Shown here: positions 22,112-35,700 of the stretch, piece after piece
Position numbering within the stretch: position 1 is the first letter of the stretch
Layout: every line of letters starts with the position of its first letter
Source of the DNA: Bugula neritina
Lineage: Eukaryota; Animalia; Bryozoa
DNA length: 64,000 nt
Assembly: GCA_964035545.1 (NCBI GenBank)
Contig: OZ037766.1
Coordinates: 21,812,767 to 21,876,766, forward strand
Direction of reading: 5' to 3'
Made by a program: the position numbers and the translations under genes
Notes under the pieces: generated by a model
The model's database searches: none
The model's input: only the letters and a program-made list of their open reading frames with translations
Told to the model about the DNA's origin: nothing

Positions 22112-25100
22112 ATGAAAAGAAAAATGAACACGAAATCATACTGGCAGGACGTCGCCCAGGATAAAAAGGTCCAAATTTCTAAACTCAACCTTGCATCATG
22201 GAACATACGAACAATGCTAGACCGGGAGAACACAGAAAGACCTGAGAGAAGGAGTGCAATCATTTCATCTGAACTACAGAAGTATGGCATCGACATTGCA
22301 GCACTGAGTGAAATCAGATTCAAAGATACAGGTAACATTCGTGAAGAGTCAGGCTACACCATTTACTGGAGTGGCAAAACTGCATCTGAGCGCAGTGAAT
22401 CAGGCGTGGCTCTTGCTATCAGGAACGAACTTGTTTCGAGACTAATCGAAGAGCCAAAGGCTATAAGCGACAGACTGATGTCACTCAGGGTTCCTCTGTC
22501 TGATGAGCGATGGTGCACTGTGATAGCTGTCTATGCTCCCACGATGACAAACAGCCAAGAAAACATCAACAGATTCTATGACCAACTGAATCAGGCTCTA
22601 AGATCAGTCCCAGCAGCTGATAAGATCTTACTCATGGGGGACTTCAATGCTAGGGTTGGACAAGATCACTCAACCTGGCCCGGTGTGATAGGCAAGTATG
22701 GCTGCGGAAACCTGAACTCCAATGGTGAACTTCTGATCTCAGTCTGTAGTGAACATCAACTGTGCATTACCAACACCTTCTTCAAGCATAAACCAGCTCA
22801 CAAGTTTTCTTGGATGCACCCGAGAAGCAAGAACTGGCATCTCATCGACTTTGTTATCACACGACAACGTGATCTACCAGACATTCTAGACACAAGGGCG
22901 ATGAGAGGGGCGAATTGCATTACTGACCACATCATGATCAGGTCAAAAGCGAAGCTCAGAGTGAGGAGAAAAATGAAGAAAGGGAGAACACCTTGCCAGA
23001 AGCTGGACGTTTCTCGACTTAAGAATGAGGAAGTAAGACAAGAACTGGAAAAGTCCCTTGCTGGGAAACTGAACTCTGCTCCAGAGGGCGTGGAGAGTAA
23101 GTGGAGAGCATTCAAAGAGATAGTTTATGCAGAGTCAAAAGTGCACCTCGGCACTGTCAGCAGGAAACATGAGGACTGGTTTGACGAGAATAATGATGAG
23201 CTTCAAGAACTCATCCAGAAGAGAAACAAGGCCAGAGCAGACATGTTAACCAGGAATACTCGCTCGAACAAGTCAAAGCTTAGAATGGCTGGCAGAAAAC
23301 TCACAGGAAGATGCAGGGAGCTCAAGAACGACTGGTGGTTGGCAAAAGCTGCTGAACTGCAACGGTTTGCTGACACTAACGACATGAAAGGCTTCTACCA
23401 AAGCATGAAAACTGTTTGGGGTCCAAGAGTGAGTCATCCTGACCAGCTCCTGGCCAGTGACAGCTCAACACTCCTGACAGAAAAACAAGATCTTCTAGCG
23501 AGATGGACAGAGCATTTCAGCAAGCTACTAAACGAGACTCCAGATATTGATGACAACATCATTGAGAACCTGAGACAAGCTCCCATTCAGGACTGGATGG
23601 ACGATTGCCCAGATATTGAAGAGATCATCAAGGCAACTTCGATGCTAAGTGAAGGGAAATCACCTGGCTCTGATGGCATTCACCCGGAGGTTATCAAAAG
23701 GGGAGGGCCCAAACTAATAAGTACTCTCCATGAGATAATAAAGGAGGCATGGAAAACTGCTGTAGTCCCTCAAGATTGGAAAGATGCCCAACTTATAACC
23801 ATCTTCAAAAAGGTGATCGGAAGCTGTGCGGTAACTACAGAGGTATCTCCCTGCTCTCAATTCCCGGTAAAGTTTTTGCTCGTGTCCTTCTGAATAGACT
23901 GACATCATATGCAGAAAACTTCCTACCCGAAACTCAGTGTGGATTCCGTAGTGGAAGGGGAACAGCAGATATGATATTTGCACTGAAGCAGATACAGGAA
24001 AAATGCATCGAGCAAAATATGCCCCTGTACATGGTCTTCATTGACTTCACCAAAGCGTTCGATACTGTTGATCGGGCGACCCTGTGGAAGATCTTACAGA
24101 AACTCGATTTTCCCAGTCACTTCACCAATCTTATCAGCGCTCTCCATATTGGCATGAAGGCCTCAGTCAAGCTGAAAGGGGAGTTATCTGAGTCGTTTCA
24201 GGTCAACAATGGTGTGAAACAAGGATGTGTGTTGGCTCCAACGCTATTCTCTATTTTCTTATCGGCTGTTCTACAGCACGCATTTGAAAACTGTGATAAA
24301 GGCGTCTGGATTCAAAGTAGACCTGGAGCTGATCTGTTCAATGTGAACCAATACAAGTCAACAACAAGAACACAAAAAGTATTGGTTAGAGAACTCATGT
24401 TTGCTGACGACACTGCCTTCGTTGCACACAGCCATGGCGATGCACAGGAATTAGTCAACAGATTCGCCAGAGCTTCCAAAGCTTTTGGTCTGAAGATCAA
24501 TATCAAGAAAACGGAAACGCTCTACCAACCGGCACCTGGAGCCCATGACAGTGGTGACAGTATCTGCATAGATAATGAAGACCTTGCCAACGTCAATAGG
24601 TTTAAATATCTTGGGTCTACAGTGATGTGCAACAACAAGATGGATGAAGAGATTCATACAAGGATGTCCAATGCTTCAATCTCATTCGGCAGACTAAAGA
24701 CCAAAGTGTGGTACAATAAGGATCTGTCATTCAAGACCAAGTGTACAGTGTACAGAGCCATAGTCCTGTCCTCTCTGCTCTATGGAGCGGAGGCCTGGCC
24801 TGTATACAGGATAGCCGCTCACAAATTCAACACCTATATGATGAGACATCTACGCCAGATCTTGAACGTGAAGGGGTGGGATTTCATCTCGAATGAGGAG
24901 ACTCTAGCACAGGCAAATCTACCCAGCATGTATGAACTACTCATTCACAAAAACCTGAGATGAGCTGGTCATGTGCATCGAAAGGATAACTCTAGATTAC
25001 CTAAGCAAATTCTCTATTCACAACTGAAAGAAGGCACCCGTGGTGTTGGCAGGCCGCGACTGAGATTCAAAGATACCGTTAAACGCAATCTAAAAGACCT

Positions 25101-25200
25101 GAAGATCCCTATTGGTAGCTGGCAATCTCTCAGCAAAGACAGATGTAAATGGAGGACCATGATTCACCGGAAGTCATCTTCGGACACGAAGGACAGCTAA
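22112..25200 (+). pseudogene. RTE APE endonuclease-reverse transcriptase ORF (one frameshift, one premature stop)
   Basis: SWNIRT, ALSE, MGDFNARVG and TDH (APE); NYRGISLL, QCGFR, GVKQGC, FADD, YLGS (RT). Frameshift in the A-run near 23807-23811. TGA at 24961 in place of the conserved Trp of LRW.GH. Confidence 0.93.
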
Positions 25201-25210
25201 TGATGATGAT

Positions 25211-25376
25211 TATAATATTATATTATATATTATATTATATATATTATATATATAATAATATCATATATAATATATATAATATATTATTATATTATATATA
25301 TTATATATATAATAATATCATATATAATATATTATTATATTATATATTAAATTATATACATTATATATAATGATAT

Positions 25377-25418
<42 letters not shown>

Positions 25419-25445
25419 TAATATTATATATTATATATATATAAT

Positions 25446-25474
<29 letters not shown>
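25211..25474. repeat. AT-only microsatellite tract
   Basis: TA/TAA repeats; remainder of the core of the 12833-25914 element. Confidence 0.9.
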
Positions 25475-25476
<2 letters not shown>

Positions 25477-26410
25477 TGCCAAATATTTACTACAAAATTC
25501 AAAAATAGCATAAATTAAGTAGTATTACCGTGCCTATTTGCATCCAATTAACTAGTCTTACATTTATAGCAACTGTAACGTATTTTGTGTATAATGGTTA
25601 TTGCTAGCATTATTCAATTCATATTCACATTAAAATCACAGCGAAGCTTTAACTTTATAGCTTTGTATTTATGTGCATGATTGAGTTTTAATTTTTCTTT
25701 TAATTTTATGTGCATTAAAAATGTGTTTAAAAACTTTACCAATAGAAAAAATTAAAAAAAATGTACACATAAAATAGAAAAAAAATAAAATAACAAAAGT
25801 GGCAAAATTTTTCCTTTATAACTTATATAAACTCGCGGTACCAATCTCGGCATAATGGCGCCCATATGATTCCGTAAGATTTGCTAATGGCAACACTCTT
25901 AATATACCACACTGCTTGAAATGCCTTGATAAAAAAAGAGAGAATATATAAGCTTTTTCTTACCGTTCAATTTGTTACAAGAATTGTTTTACCACGTAAC
26001 TTATAGCACGCACGCCTGGAAAAAAACCCTATGTAGGCCTATAACTTAGGTCTTAGAAGATAGTTAGAAAGTATTTAAAGCATGATATCGTATTTGAAAA
26101 TGTGATAATAAGTATCTCCATCCCTCATCCTTGTTCCTTCCTGACTTGCATATATAATTCTTTCCATTATAGCAATTTTTGTCAAAAGAAGAACATTAGT
26201 ATTTTTCATTAAATTACACTTTTAAAATTTTGCAGTGTTTTAAAATCCTTGTGTGGGTACTAGTATGGTGTTGTGACATTTGTTAAAGTTTCTGCTATTA
26301 TGAAATGAGTCCAGTTAGTTTTATATCTGAATTTGAATGGTTGTTCGCTTAGTCCTACATAACACATTTCCCTCATTATTTTCTCATCTTGTTATAGTTA
26401 TAGGTGAGCC

Positions 26411-26651
26411 TGTGGGTGTGCGTGTGTGTGTGCGTGTGTGTGCGTGTGTGTGTGTGTGGGTGTGTGTGTGTGGGTGGGTGTGGGTGTGGGTGTGGGTGTG
26501 GGTGTGGGTGGGTGTGTGTGGGTGTGGGTGGGTGTGGGCGTGTGGGTGTGTGTGTGGGTGGGTGTGGGTGTGGGTGGGTGTGTGTGTGTGGGTGTGGGTG
26601 GGTGTGTGTGTGGGTGTGGGTGTGTGGGTGTGTGTGTGCACGTGCGTGCGC
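26411..26651. repeat. (GT)n/(GTGGGT)n microsatellite
   Basis: Directly visible; explains the spurious VC/HT-repeat ORFs. Confidence 0.95.
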
Positions 26652-27114
26652 TTGTGGAATAATATTCTACTTTTAAACTACTTATCATCAACTAAACATT
26701 GCTACTGGAAATTTAAAATGTTATTCCGATCATTTATTGCACAAAAGATGCTAATTTGGTAAAGTCAGGATTACTGACAAAATAGACTGATCCGTTGGTA
26801 GAGTAATTTTAGTAGCCCAAGTTCTTTAACTTTCTTACTATATAAGTTATATAATTGCTATGTTCTGCAAATACTTATACTAGCATACTTGATATTAACC
26901 GTAGAGCTTGCAAGTTGTATGTGGCTGTGTAGAAGCTTCACAATGTAAAAGTAAACAAGAGTGTAATGCTGATGTGGTTTGTTTTTGTTTATACAGGGCA
27001 AGTACTATGCACTAGTTACTAGTATTATCTACATACTGTAGATTTGGTTTTATTATTGTGCCATCCTTTCACAGATTAGGTTGCAAACTTGGCTACTGAG
27101 TTGTACTGTATGAG

Positions 27115-30100
27115 ATGGAGATGGCAGAGTACGTGATAGATATTAGAAGTGATACTGTCACTAAACCGACAGAGGCCATGTACCAGGCTATGGTTACAGC
27201 TCCACTGGGTGATGATGTGCTAGAAGAAGATCCCACCATACTTGGTCAGTTGCTTAAATGTAGCTGGGCAGAAATTTGCATCATCCTGATATGAGTATAG
27301 TCCTTATTGCTATATATTTTAAATCTTTTAATTGTGTTTTAATAAATTTTTTATTGTTACCATTTAAAAGGTTTTCTTTAGGTTTTTTATATTATGGTTT
27401 TAAAATTGTATTATGTTGAAAGTTTTGTAATAAAGAACTTAAGAAATTGATGTTTATTGCATGAAACAAATAATGGAATCCTGTAAACCCTTTCATGTGC
27501 AGCATCCACAAATGTGGACACCACGTGTGTATATATAGTGCATCAAATGACTCAAAAAAAGTTCATGCATGAAACTGAAAGGGTATAAGATAATAGTGAA
27601 AACATAACCAATTAATATAAAGTCAATATGCTATTGATGATTGTAGCACTTGAAGATCGGTGTGCTAAAATGTTTAACAAGGAAAGTGCAATGTTTGTGC
27701 CAACTGCAACCATGGGCAACCTCATATGCTGTAAGTTTTTGCTTTATAATTGTAATATTGTCTTAGAAGAATGCTACGAGTTATTATGTTTCAGCATTAT
27801 GTGCTCAATACGTGCTTTATTTAAATATACATACATTTAAATAATATTCCAATACATTGTACATAAAATATATATTGTACCAATATAAATAAATAGCTTC
27901 TAACTAGGAAGCGTCCAAGTGGAAAGTGCCTAAGTGAGAAATTTAGCCTAGCATCGAACTGGGAAGCGTCTATCTGGGATGACACCTATATTATATGCAG
28001 TACTATATTTATTTTAAATTCTCTGACTGACCTTTCTACAAAATTGCATATATGTATATATTATGTGTAGCAGTCCTTTATGCTAGTATTCATGTAGTTA
28101 GCAAGTTTATTTTTGACTAATATCAAAACAGCTCTGGAAATGAATGTTTATCATAAGACAAATAAATGTGTTATGATTGTAATTTGTTTTACCAAGTTGA
28201 AGTCTGCTCTCATTGTACATCTAGTGATGACACACTGTCAAGAGAGAGGAGCTGAAGTTATTATGGGTAGAAAAAGTCACACATTCCTGTACGAGTGCGG
28301 AGGTCTAGCTCAGGTGACTCCGCTTATAGTTGAGAGGTTTATAAGACTTGCAATGTTTCTTATACAATATTTAGTTGGTTTACTAAACTCATTTATTAAT
28401 GCTAAACATGTGATGTCAAGTTGTAAGTTCATATTTATAATTTAGATTCATGTTTGTAACTGATTATTTCATATTCATAACCTAATTCCACGTATCCATT
28501 TTAAACATTTTATAATACCTAAATAAAAGTGCAACCAACAGCTCAGCTGTGTTATAATCTCTTTGTTCAAACCATTTTATGTAGAATTATGTTTAATCGC
28601 AGTGTTTATTCAGCTTACTATGTACAGACATACACACATAGATGTGCAGGGTCTTAATATTACATGTATTTTATTAGTTGGCTGGTGTGCACACCAATGC
28701 AATTGATAATTCACCAACAGATGGCACTTTGAACCTTCAGGACATCAGAGACAATATTAGAGATACAAGCAATGTTCACTATCCACTTACTAAGGTACTC
28801 AATCCTATCACACTTTCTCATAATGTGATTGTAGGTTATAGTATTTCTACCAAATTCAATCCCATGTATAACGCTTATAATTAATTTAGCAAATTGGCGT
28901 GGCTATGTTATGCTTTATTTATAAACTCATAGCGGTTTCTTTAAAACTTGAAATATTATTTGTCATCTCTTGTTTTTGTTAAAATAGCTTGTTTTATTTT
29001 GTAGTAATTAATTACATTAGTATTATAGGCTTTATGGCAAATTACTTGGTCAATAGATTCTAAAATAATTTGTGAATGACTTCAGTTAAAAGTCTTCGTT
29101 GCTACAACAAAGAGGATATTGAGTTGTAGAATGTAGATATTACTTTTTAAATAACTATTTACTTTATACTATATAAAAAGTTGAATTGCAAAAGGATATA
29201 ATTTTAAATGTATATGTGTTTTATATCAATCAACACCATTTGCTCACTCCTCCACATATTTCCCTAACAAGTTTTGTACCTATTGTAAGATGTGGGGTTG
29301 AGCTGTTTTTCTAGTGTTTTGACAAACAAACAAACAAATTCAGAACAAATTATGTAACATAGATTCTTCTGATTTTAGTGATTAAATTGCAGCCTGCTTA
29401 TAGCTTAGTTTACATAATTTTGATAAATTTGCATTTACTTTCATTTTATTTTAAACTGTTGAAAAATCAACTTTGTATGTTATACAGCATGTTCTGAGTC
29501 AAAAATTCGTTGCAGTTTGGTCATATCTGAGGTGTGGTTAGACTAAACCACAGTGTTTAAATGAATATTCACTGGCTATAACATTGATTTGTTTTGTGAT
29601 ACTCTTTGAGTTTTTGGTGGTCTGTTGCCTAGAGTTTGATTACAAAATGACTCAGATGTTGCCAATAATAAAACCTAATAAATTCTAGCTTCGCAGCTCA
29701 TATTGGGCTATATAGGGAAAATGTGTTAAGTAAAGTGAAACCCTAAAGCAACTGTGGTTAGGAATTTTTATAATATATTGCTAACCTTTAGCCTATTACT
29801 CAAACAAACCCAATACTGAATCGAATAAGGGTTTCACTTATCAATACCTGACTTGAAACTTGTATTTGTAGGCTATATCCTTGGAGAACACACAGAATAG
29901 GTGTGGAGGGCTGGTTCTACCAATCTCCTACTTTCAACAAGTTAGAGAACTAGCAGATGAGCACAAGCTTGCTGTGCATTTGGATGGGTCGAGATTGTTG
30001 AATGCATGTGTCGCAGTTGGTGTTGAACCATCTGCTTATACAAGCTTAGTTGACAGCGTGAACATGTGCTTTTCTAAGGTACAACTATTGAGTAACTTAA

Positions 30101-32374
30101 TTCACAGTGTTAGCTTTAGACTCGAACCACACGCACGCACTCTCTCTCTCTCTTTAATGTCTCACTATATACTAGTTTATTTGGCATGCATCGGCTTTTA
30201 TGAAAAACTAATGTCTATTAGGAGAAGTTATTTTTAAAATATAGTCATACAGGTATCTTACAAAATCTCTAGTGTGACTTTAAATAGCTTGTGTTTTACT
30301 TATAAACTATGTATTTCTAGCTAATATTGTATCATGTTTTATTTATAAGTATTGCGTGTTACAGGGTTTAGGTACACCTGCTGGGGCAATTATAGCTGGG
30401 ACAGCTGAATTCTGCAAAAGGTAGTGTTTGCGTAAATTCTAGTTTGAATGTTGCATGCGACCAAATTCCTAAAGGTATTTTTGCTTCAGGTGTTTGCATG
30501 TGAAACAGCAATGCGAATTTTTATGTTGTTCCATAGATTACTGTCAAATACGTATAATATAATAATTGTGGTAATCTTTTTCTACACAGAGCAAGAAGGA
30601 GTAGAAAAGCGTTGGGCGGTGGAATGCGACAAGCTGGAGTCTTGGCTGGTGCAGCAATGTATGCCTTAAGCAACCATGTTGAAAGACTGAAGGAAGATCA
30701 TGATAATACAGCCACTCTTGCTAAATGTATTTTTCAAATTTGGTTTCAGTTTATCGTCAGCAGTAGCATTGTGGATGGCTAATTTGCAGCAGCCTATCTT
30801 ATTGCTGTGTGTAGGGAATTTATGTTGTAATGTGAGCAAGAGTATTAATTTGATAAATATTTTTCATAAACTAGTATAATAGTTTTGTCTTAACTTTTAA
30901 AATAGCTACAAGTGCAGCATTTCTTGCAATATCAAGTTTATTACCTGAGGAAACTAAGCATTGGCTCAATTGAAATGCGTTTGAGTATAAAGCATTGACA
31001 ATTTATAGCAATCTATTTCTATGGCTTATTTCAACTGTGTTATAAATTTTTTTCTGGCAACACCGCCATGTCTTGTATTAAACTCTTTGCATTTCTTCTT
31101 ACAGTCATTGATGAGAATGGAGGACCCATTGCATCTGTTGATATGAGTAAAGTGCACACTAACATTTTATTTGTCAACGTTAACAACATCTTGGCTGTAG
31201 AAGTTGTAAAAAGGTTGGCTAAGGTACAATTTTTCTTACCAATATTCCCAGAATACTGTTTATTTACTGGCTTCCTTGGTTTTGGTCACAAACAGATGTT
31301 CGTACATGAGATGCGTGCAACGTGCTTTGGTTTTGACTTTAAATTGTTGCAGTATCAGTTTAATCTATATGTTAGAGTATGTCAACCTAAAACCAAACTT
31401 ATTTCTTATTGGTGTTTTGAAACTATGTGGCATATTTATGATTATGGTGAACTGTTGCCATATTTTGCAAATAATGTATGGATTTACATTAAGATATGAC
31501 TTTTTCAACTCAATTGTCTATTGCAACACAGCAAGGGTTAGTTGCTCAGCACATTTTCCAGGTTTTATGATTATTCAAATGTATTGGTGTTAGCTTTTTT
31601 GAGTATGTATGAATCTAAATTGCCATTGCAAAATTGATATTACTAAGCCATTAAAATAACCTTAACATTGATACAGTATAAAGTTGTAAGATATGATATT
31701 GATGCAGTATAAATTTTTAGGATATGGTATTATACTGACAACAGACCTTAAGAGTATTCTTACTGAACAGTATTCTTGTTGGTCCCATCACTCACTGTAT
31801 CTTTGTAGTACCCATAGCTTTTATATTGTATAAGTATTATTTCAATCTGTTTACCTAGGCTACATATTATGAAGAGTTAGATGCTGATATTTAGTGTTGA
31901 TTGAATGCAAGACACAATACCGAAAATCAATAGTTTTTCAGTAACTTGGAGGGTATAATTTGTTTTAAATAGTAGACATTCAATGCTTTGGCTTACAAAC
32001 CTTATTTTAGCATAATTTCACATTCTATAGAAAAATTCACATGACGGTCCATGAGTTATTTCATGGTGGTTATCAGCGCAATGTAATATTTGATGGGCCA
32101 ATATGTGAGCTTTTATATAAACTGTAAAGCTAAAGCTAAAAGATGTTTTTAAACTGAGTAGGTAGGTTTTGTCAAATGTTCATCATTTTTAATGTTTATC
32201 TCACAGGTAACAGAGAAAGAAAAGTTAGCCTTGGGAAAGTCTATTATAGTGAAAGTTGATGCTTACAGCAAGAGTGAAGTTCGCTGTGTTTGTCACCTGG
32301 ATGTCAGCAAAGAAGACATTGAACTAGTCACAATAAAACTAAAATATGTGCTGGATGAGCTGAAGTTGAAGTGA
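27115..32374 (+). CDS. THA1: Low-specificity L-threonine aldolase (PLP-dependent, THA1/GLY1/LtaE family), 9 coding exons
   Basis: Exons 27115-27244, 27647-27730, 28225-28313, 28678-28794, 29872-30078, 30365-30420, 30590-30726, 31105-31223, 32207-32374; all GT-AG and phase-compatible. Motifs [47 protein letters not shown] (PLP lysine), [12 protein letters not shown]. Confidence 0.95.
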
Positions 32375-32747
32375 ACAATGATTTGTGCTGTTTTGTGAGA
32401 ACAATAGGAACGTAACAAACAGCAGAACAACCTGTATGCTGACTTTTATGACATGCCCATCACCATGATTCAATGAAGTATGTAAAAATTACTGGTAATT
32501 CAACAGGTGGAATGCCCCAAATCTTTGTTGGGAGTACTAAGCAATCTGCTATAACAAACTACTTGAAATACATCAAATAAACTCATACTCTTCATTTATT
32601 CAGCCATTATATTTACATATGAGTGATTAGAATAAATACAATACATGCCATGTACAAGCTAGATCATTCTAATTTACATGCCAAATCTACAAACTATCAA
32701 AAACTAAGATAACAGAAAAAACTAAAGTAATAAAAGAAAATAAGTCT

Positions 32748-35700
32748 CTACCAAAATTTTGTTTTTATTTTAAATATATACAATAAATATATTATAGAAT
32801 TTAAAGTGAATAAGTAGGATATAACTATAAGAAAAGAGAGAGTGGGTGTGCACTGTAGAGTGTCTATGAGTAGGTTAACAGCCCCGGTAAGAATGTTGGC
32901 TATGAGGAAGTATAGGAGGCCATTGTAATTCACAGCTTCTAGCAGGCAGCTTCGATAACTGAATGTGTTGACTGTGTAATAAATAAACATAAATAATGGG
33001 TAAACATGGTTCTGCAAACAAGTCTAGTTAGTACCCTAGCACAATTATCACATGGAGAATTTTTAGCAATAGACCATGTAAAACTCAGCCAATCAGCGAA
33101 GTGTACCAGGTCAATGTCTTACCATTGTAACTGATATAAAATTCTGCAAGTTCAATTGCGAAATGCATGCTTTTAAAAGCTAGTTGTGCAACTTTTTTTT
33201 CATGCATTATTTAATTTCATACCTTAAATTGATGACTCTTGAAATGAATTTTTAAAATGTCTAAATTAAGTGTTTATAAAATGCAATTGAAAATTTCATG
33301 TCTAGAAAAATGACCTGGTACACTTTTGCAACTTGAGGCCAATTATTACATAACTGCCAGCTTAGTAGTTATTTGTTGTTGCAGCTTGAATGGGTTATTG
33401 TTTAGCATTGGAAGCTTGCAGTAAACATCTGTGAATTTGGTACATGACTTTGATTGGCTGGTTTTTGAATGGCCCTTTAGTATATGCATCTGGATGGCTG
33501 GGTAGTGTAGGCTCCGCCTACATCTAGCTAATGTACAGTAGCCAATCCACAGTAGTATTACAAAATTTCTGTTTAACAAATGAAATATTCTGGTCATTTG
33601 TCTTGTACTTTACAATAATAAATATTCTATTCAACTAGAATTTTATTGTATGTGAGCCATGGGAACTACTAAGAGGTTAAATCAACCACCCATGCTAGTA
33701 ATATTGTAGCTCGCAGTAATAGCAAGTCCACACCATATAAATATACACATAAGCTATTATGTGCAGTTTATGAATGCTGAAATGACCCCATTTCTTACCT
33801 TCAATTTGAAAAAAATTGTATTACATATTCTGCCACTTCTGCACCAGGAACTTGTTTTCCTTTTAAATTTTGAAAATAGTGGTCAGTTTCTGCAGCAGTC
33901 AACATTCACAATAAACAACGTAAGCTTTCAAATAAACTATAAATATATGAAATATTAGTGTGGAAACAATGTAATTTATTCATTGCTATAATGAAAAATT
34001 ATAAGAATATTATATAAAAGCTAGATATAGATTTCTAGTAAAATGGCATAGGTAAAAATAACACATTTTTACTTCAAATTCTAAATTTCATCAGTCACCA
34101 ATGGTGGCTGTAGATTACAGAGAGCACAGCAGACTATCATAATCATAAGGATGGTCAGCCCACTGAGCAAAATCCAACTCCAACCCTTCATTTGGGTTAC
34201 CAATGCACTAAAGCATATAATGTAAGACGCACAAAAAAACAGTGGTTTTAATGAAACATGTGAAAGAAGCGAACAGAAAACGTCTTCAACAGAGTCAGCT
34301 GATATAGAGCAACAGAACTCATCTGACAGCCATCCTCATAGTCAGACTTCATCAGAAGTAACTGAGTTACCAGAAACATCAACTACTCAGAAAAAAAGAT
34401 CTGCACATTCTATTGATAGACGAAAATCAAAAGTTGGAAGAAAAGGCTCAAAAAGTTCCACGTTTAAACAAAAAGCAACTATTGAAAAAGTAAAAGTTTT
34501 TAAAACTTTCACCACTACAGATGAGCGAACTAAATTCTATACTGGAATTCCTACACGTTCTCTATACTATTTTTTAGCAAGGTAAAAATTATGATTTTCT
34601 TATTGCAAAGATAAACTATGGTTTATTACAAATAAACAAGGCAAGTCTCACTATGCTAAACTTTGTACATTGATTAAATTTGATGTGTAGTAAAACTGTC
34701 ATTTTAATTAAATTTGTTGCAGTATGAGTGTATCATTCATACATTTCTTATTAAAGATGTTGTTTTATGTAAGATATTCATAAATACCAGAGTGGTCATC
34801 TGCATGCTTTGATTTATTTAGTTTAGGGTTTTATTTAAACAAGCAGCAGTCTTTTATTTGTGGACAAATTGACTCACTTTCTCCAGGAAAAGTAAATTGT
34901 TTTGGCTTAAATTTTCCTTGGTTATTTTAAAGCTTATCAAAAGTGGCCTCCTAATCTAATTTTTAGCTGAAACTAAGTCAGTGTTTAAACCTAAAATGGT
35001 TTACACTTGTTACTAGTTTCACTTATTCACAAACATTATTAAATGCTATTCTAGAAATAATATGGGTTTGAATTAGTTATAGTATAATTATAAAATGAAG
35101 TAATAATTGTTTGTCCACAGTATTTGTTTAAACTCATGACTTCATTCAAAGGATGTATTCATACAACTAGCTTATTATGTACTGTTACAGTATTATGTAA
35201 CACATGTTGACACACATTACATTCTGTTTGGATGGTGATATATTGGGTCAAGCCTTCAACTAGCAGTTCTTGAACTTCATAGTTCTTGCAAAATATAACT
35301 GAAGCTACTTACCAGAGGGTAAAAACTGCTGAATAAATACAAACTAAGCACAAAATTTATTTAGCACATACATTATAATTTGAATCATAATTTAATTTTC
35401 ATTCTTTGTTTACTACATTTAGATTTATATGTCCGAAGATGAAAGTTCTCACTTTCAGAAAAAAAGTTAACAGGACAAGATAAACTTTTATTGGCTTTGA
35501 TGAAGCTGCGTCAAGACTTACAGTTTCAAATGCTTGCTGGGCTTTTTTATATCTCTAAATTGCTAGCAAGCAAAACCTTCAAAGACACATTAGATATTTT
35601 AGCAAGAGAACTAAACAATCTAATAGTTTTTCCAACAAGAGAGAAGCTGAACACTCCTCTGAGCTTTCAAAGCCAATATGCTAACATTAGGTGCATTATA

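Larger units (their letters stand above)
21737..25210 (+). mobile_element. RTE-clade LINE, near full length, inserted in the TA tract
   Basis: Single APE endonuclease plus RT ORF, about 375-nt 5' UTR, (TGA)n tail directly after the stop codon. Confidence 0.95.

Noticed and set aside
24961-24963. UGA recoding (Trp or Sec) in the RTE ORF
   Set aside because: TGG is used for Trp elsewhere, host genes use TGA as stop, and the ORF has another lesion; a simple nonsense mutation.
26337-26762. Cys/Val-rich and His/Thr-rich ORFs
   Set aside because: They are translations of the (GT)n microsatellite.
27488-27583. Tiny piggyBac-like MITE (CCCTTTCA...TGAAAGGG), and a 12-bp inverted repeat at 29733-29839
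   Set aside because: The inverted repeats are too short and there is no intact TSD, so they cannot be supported.
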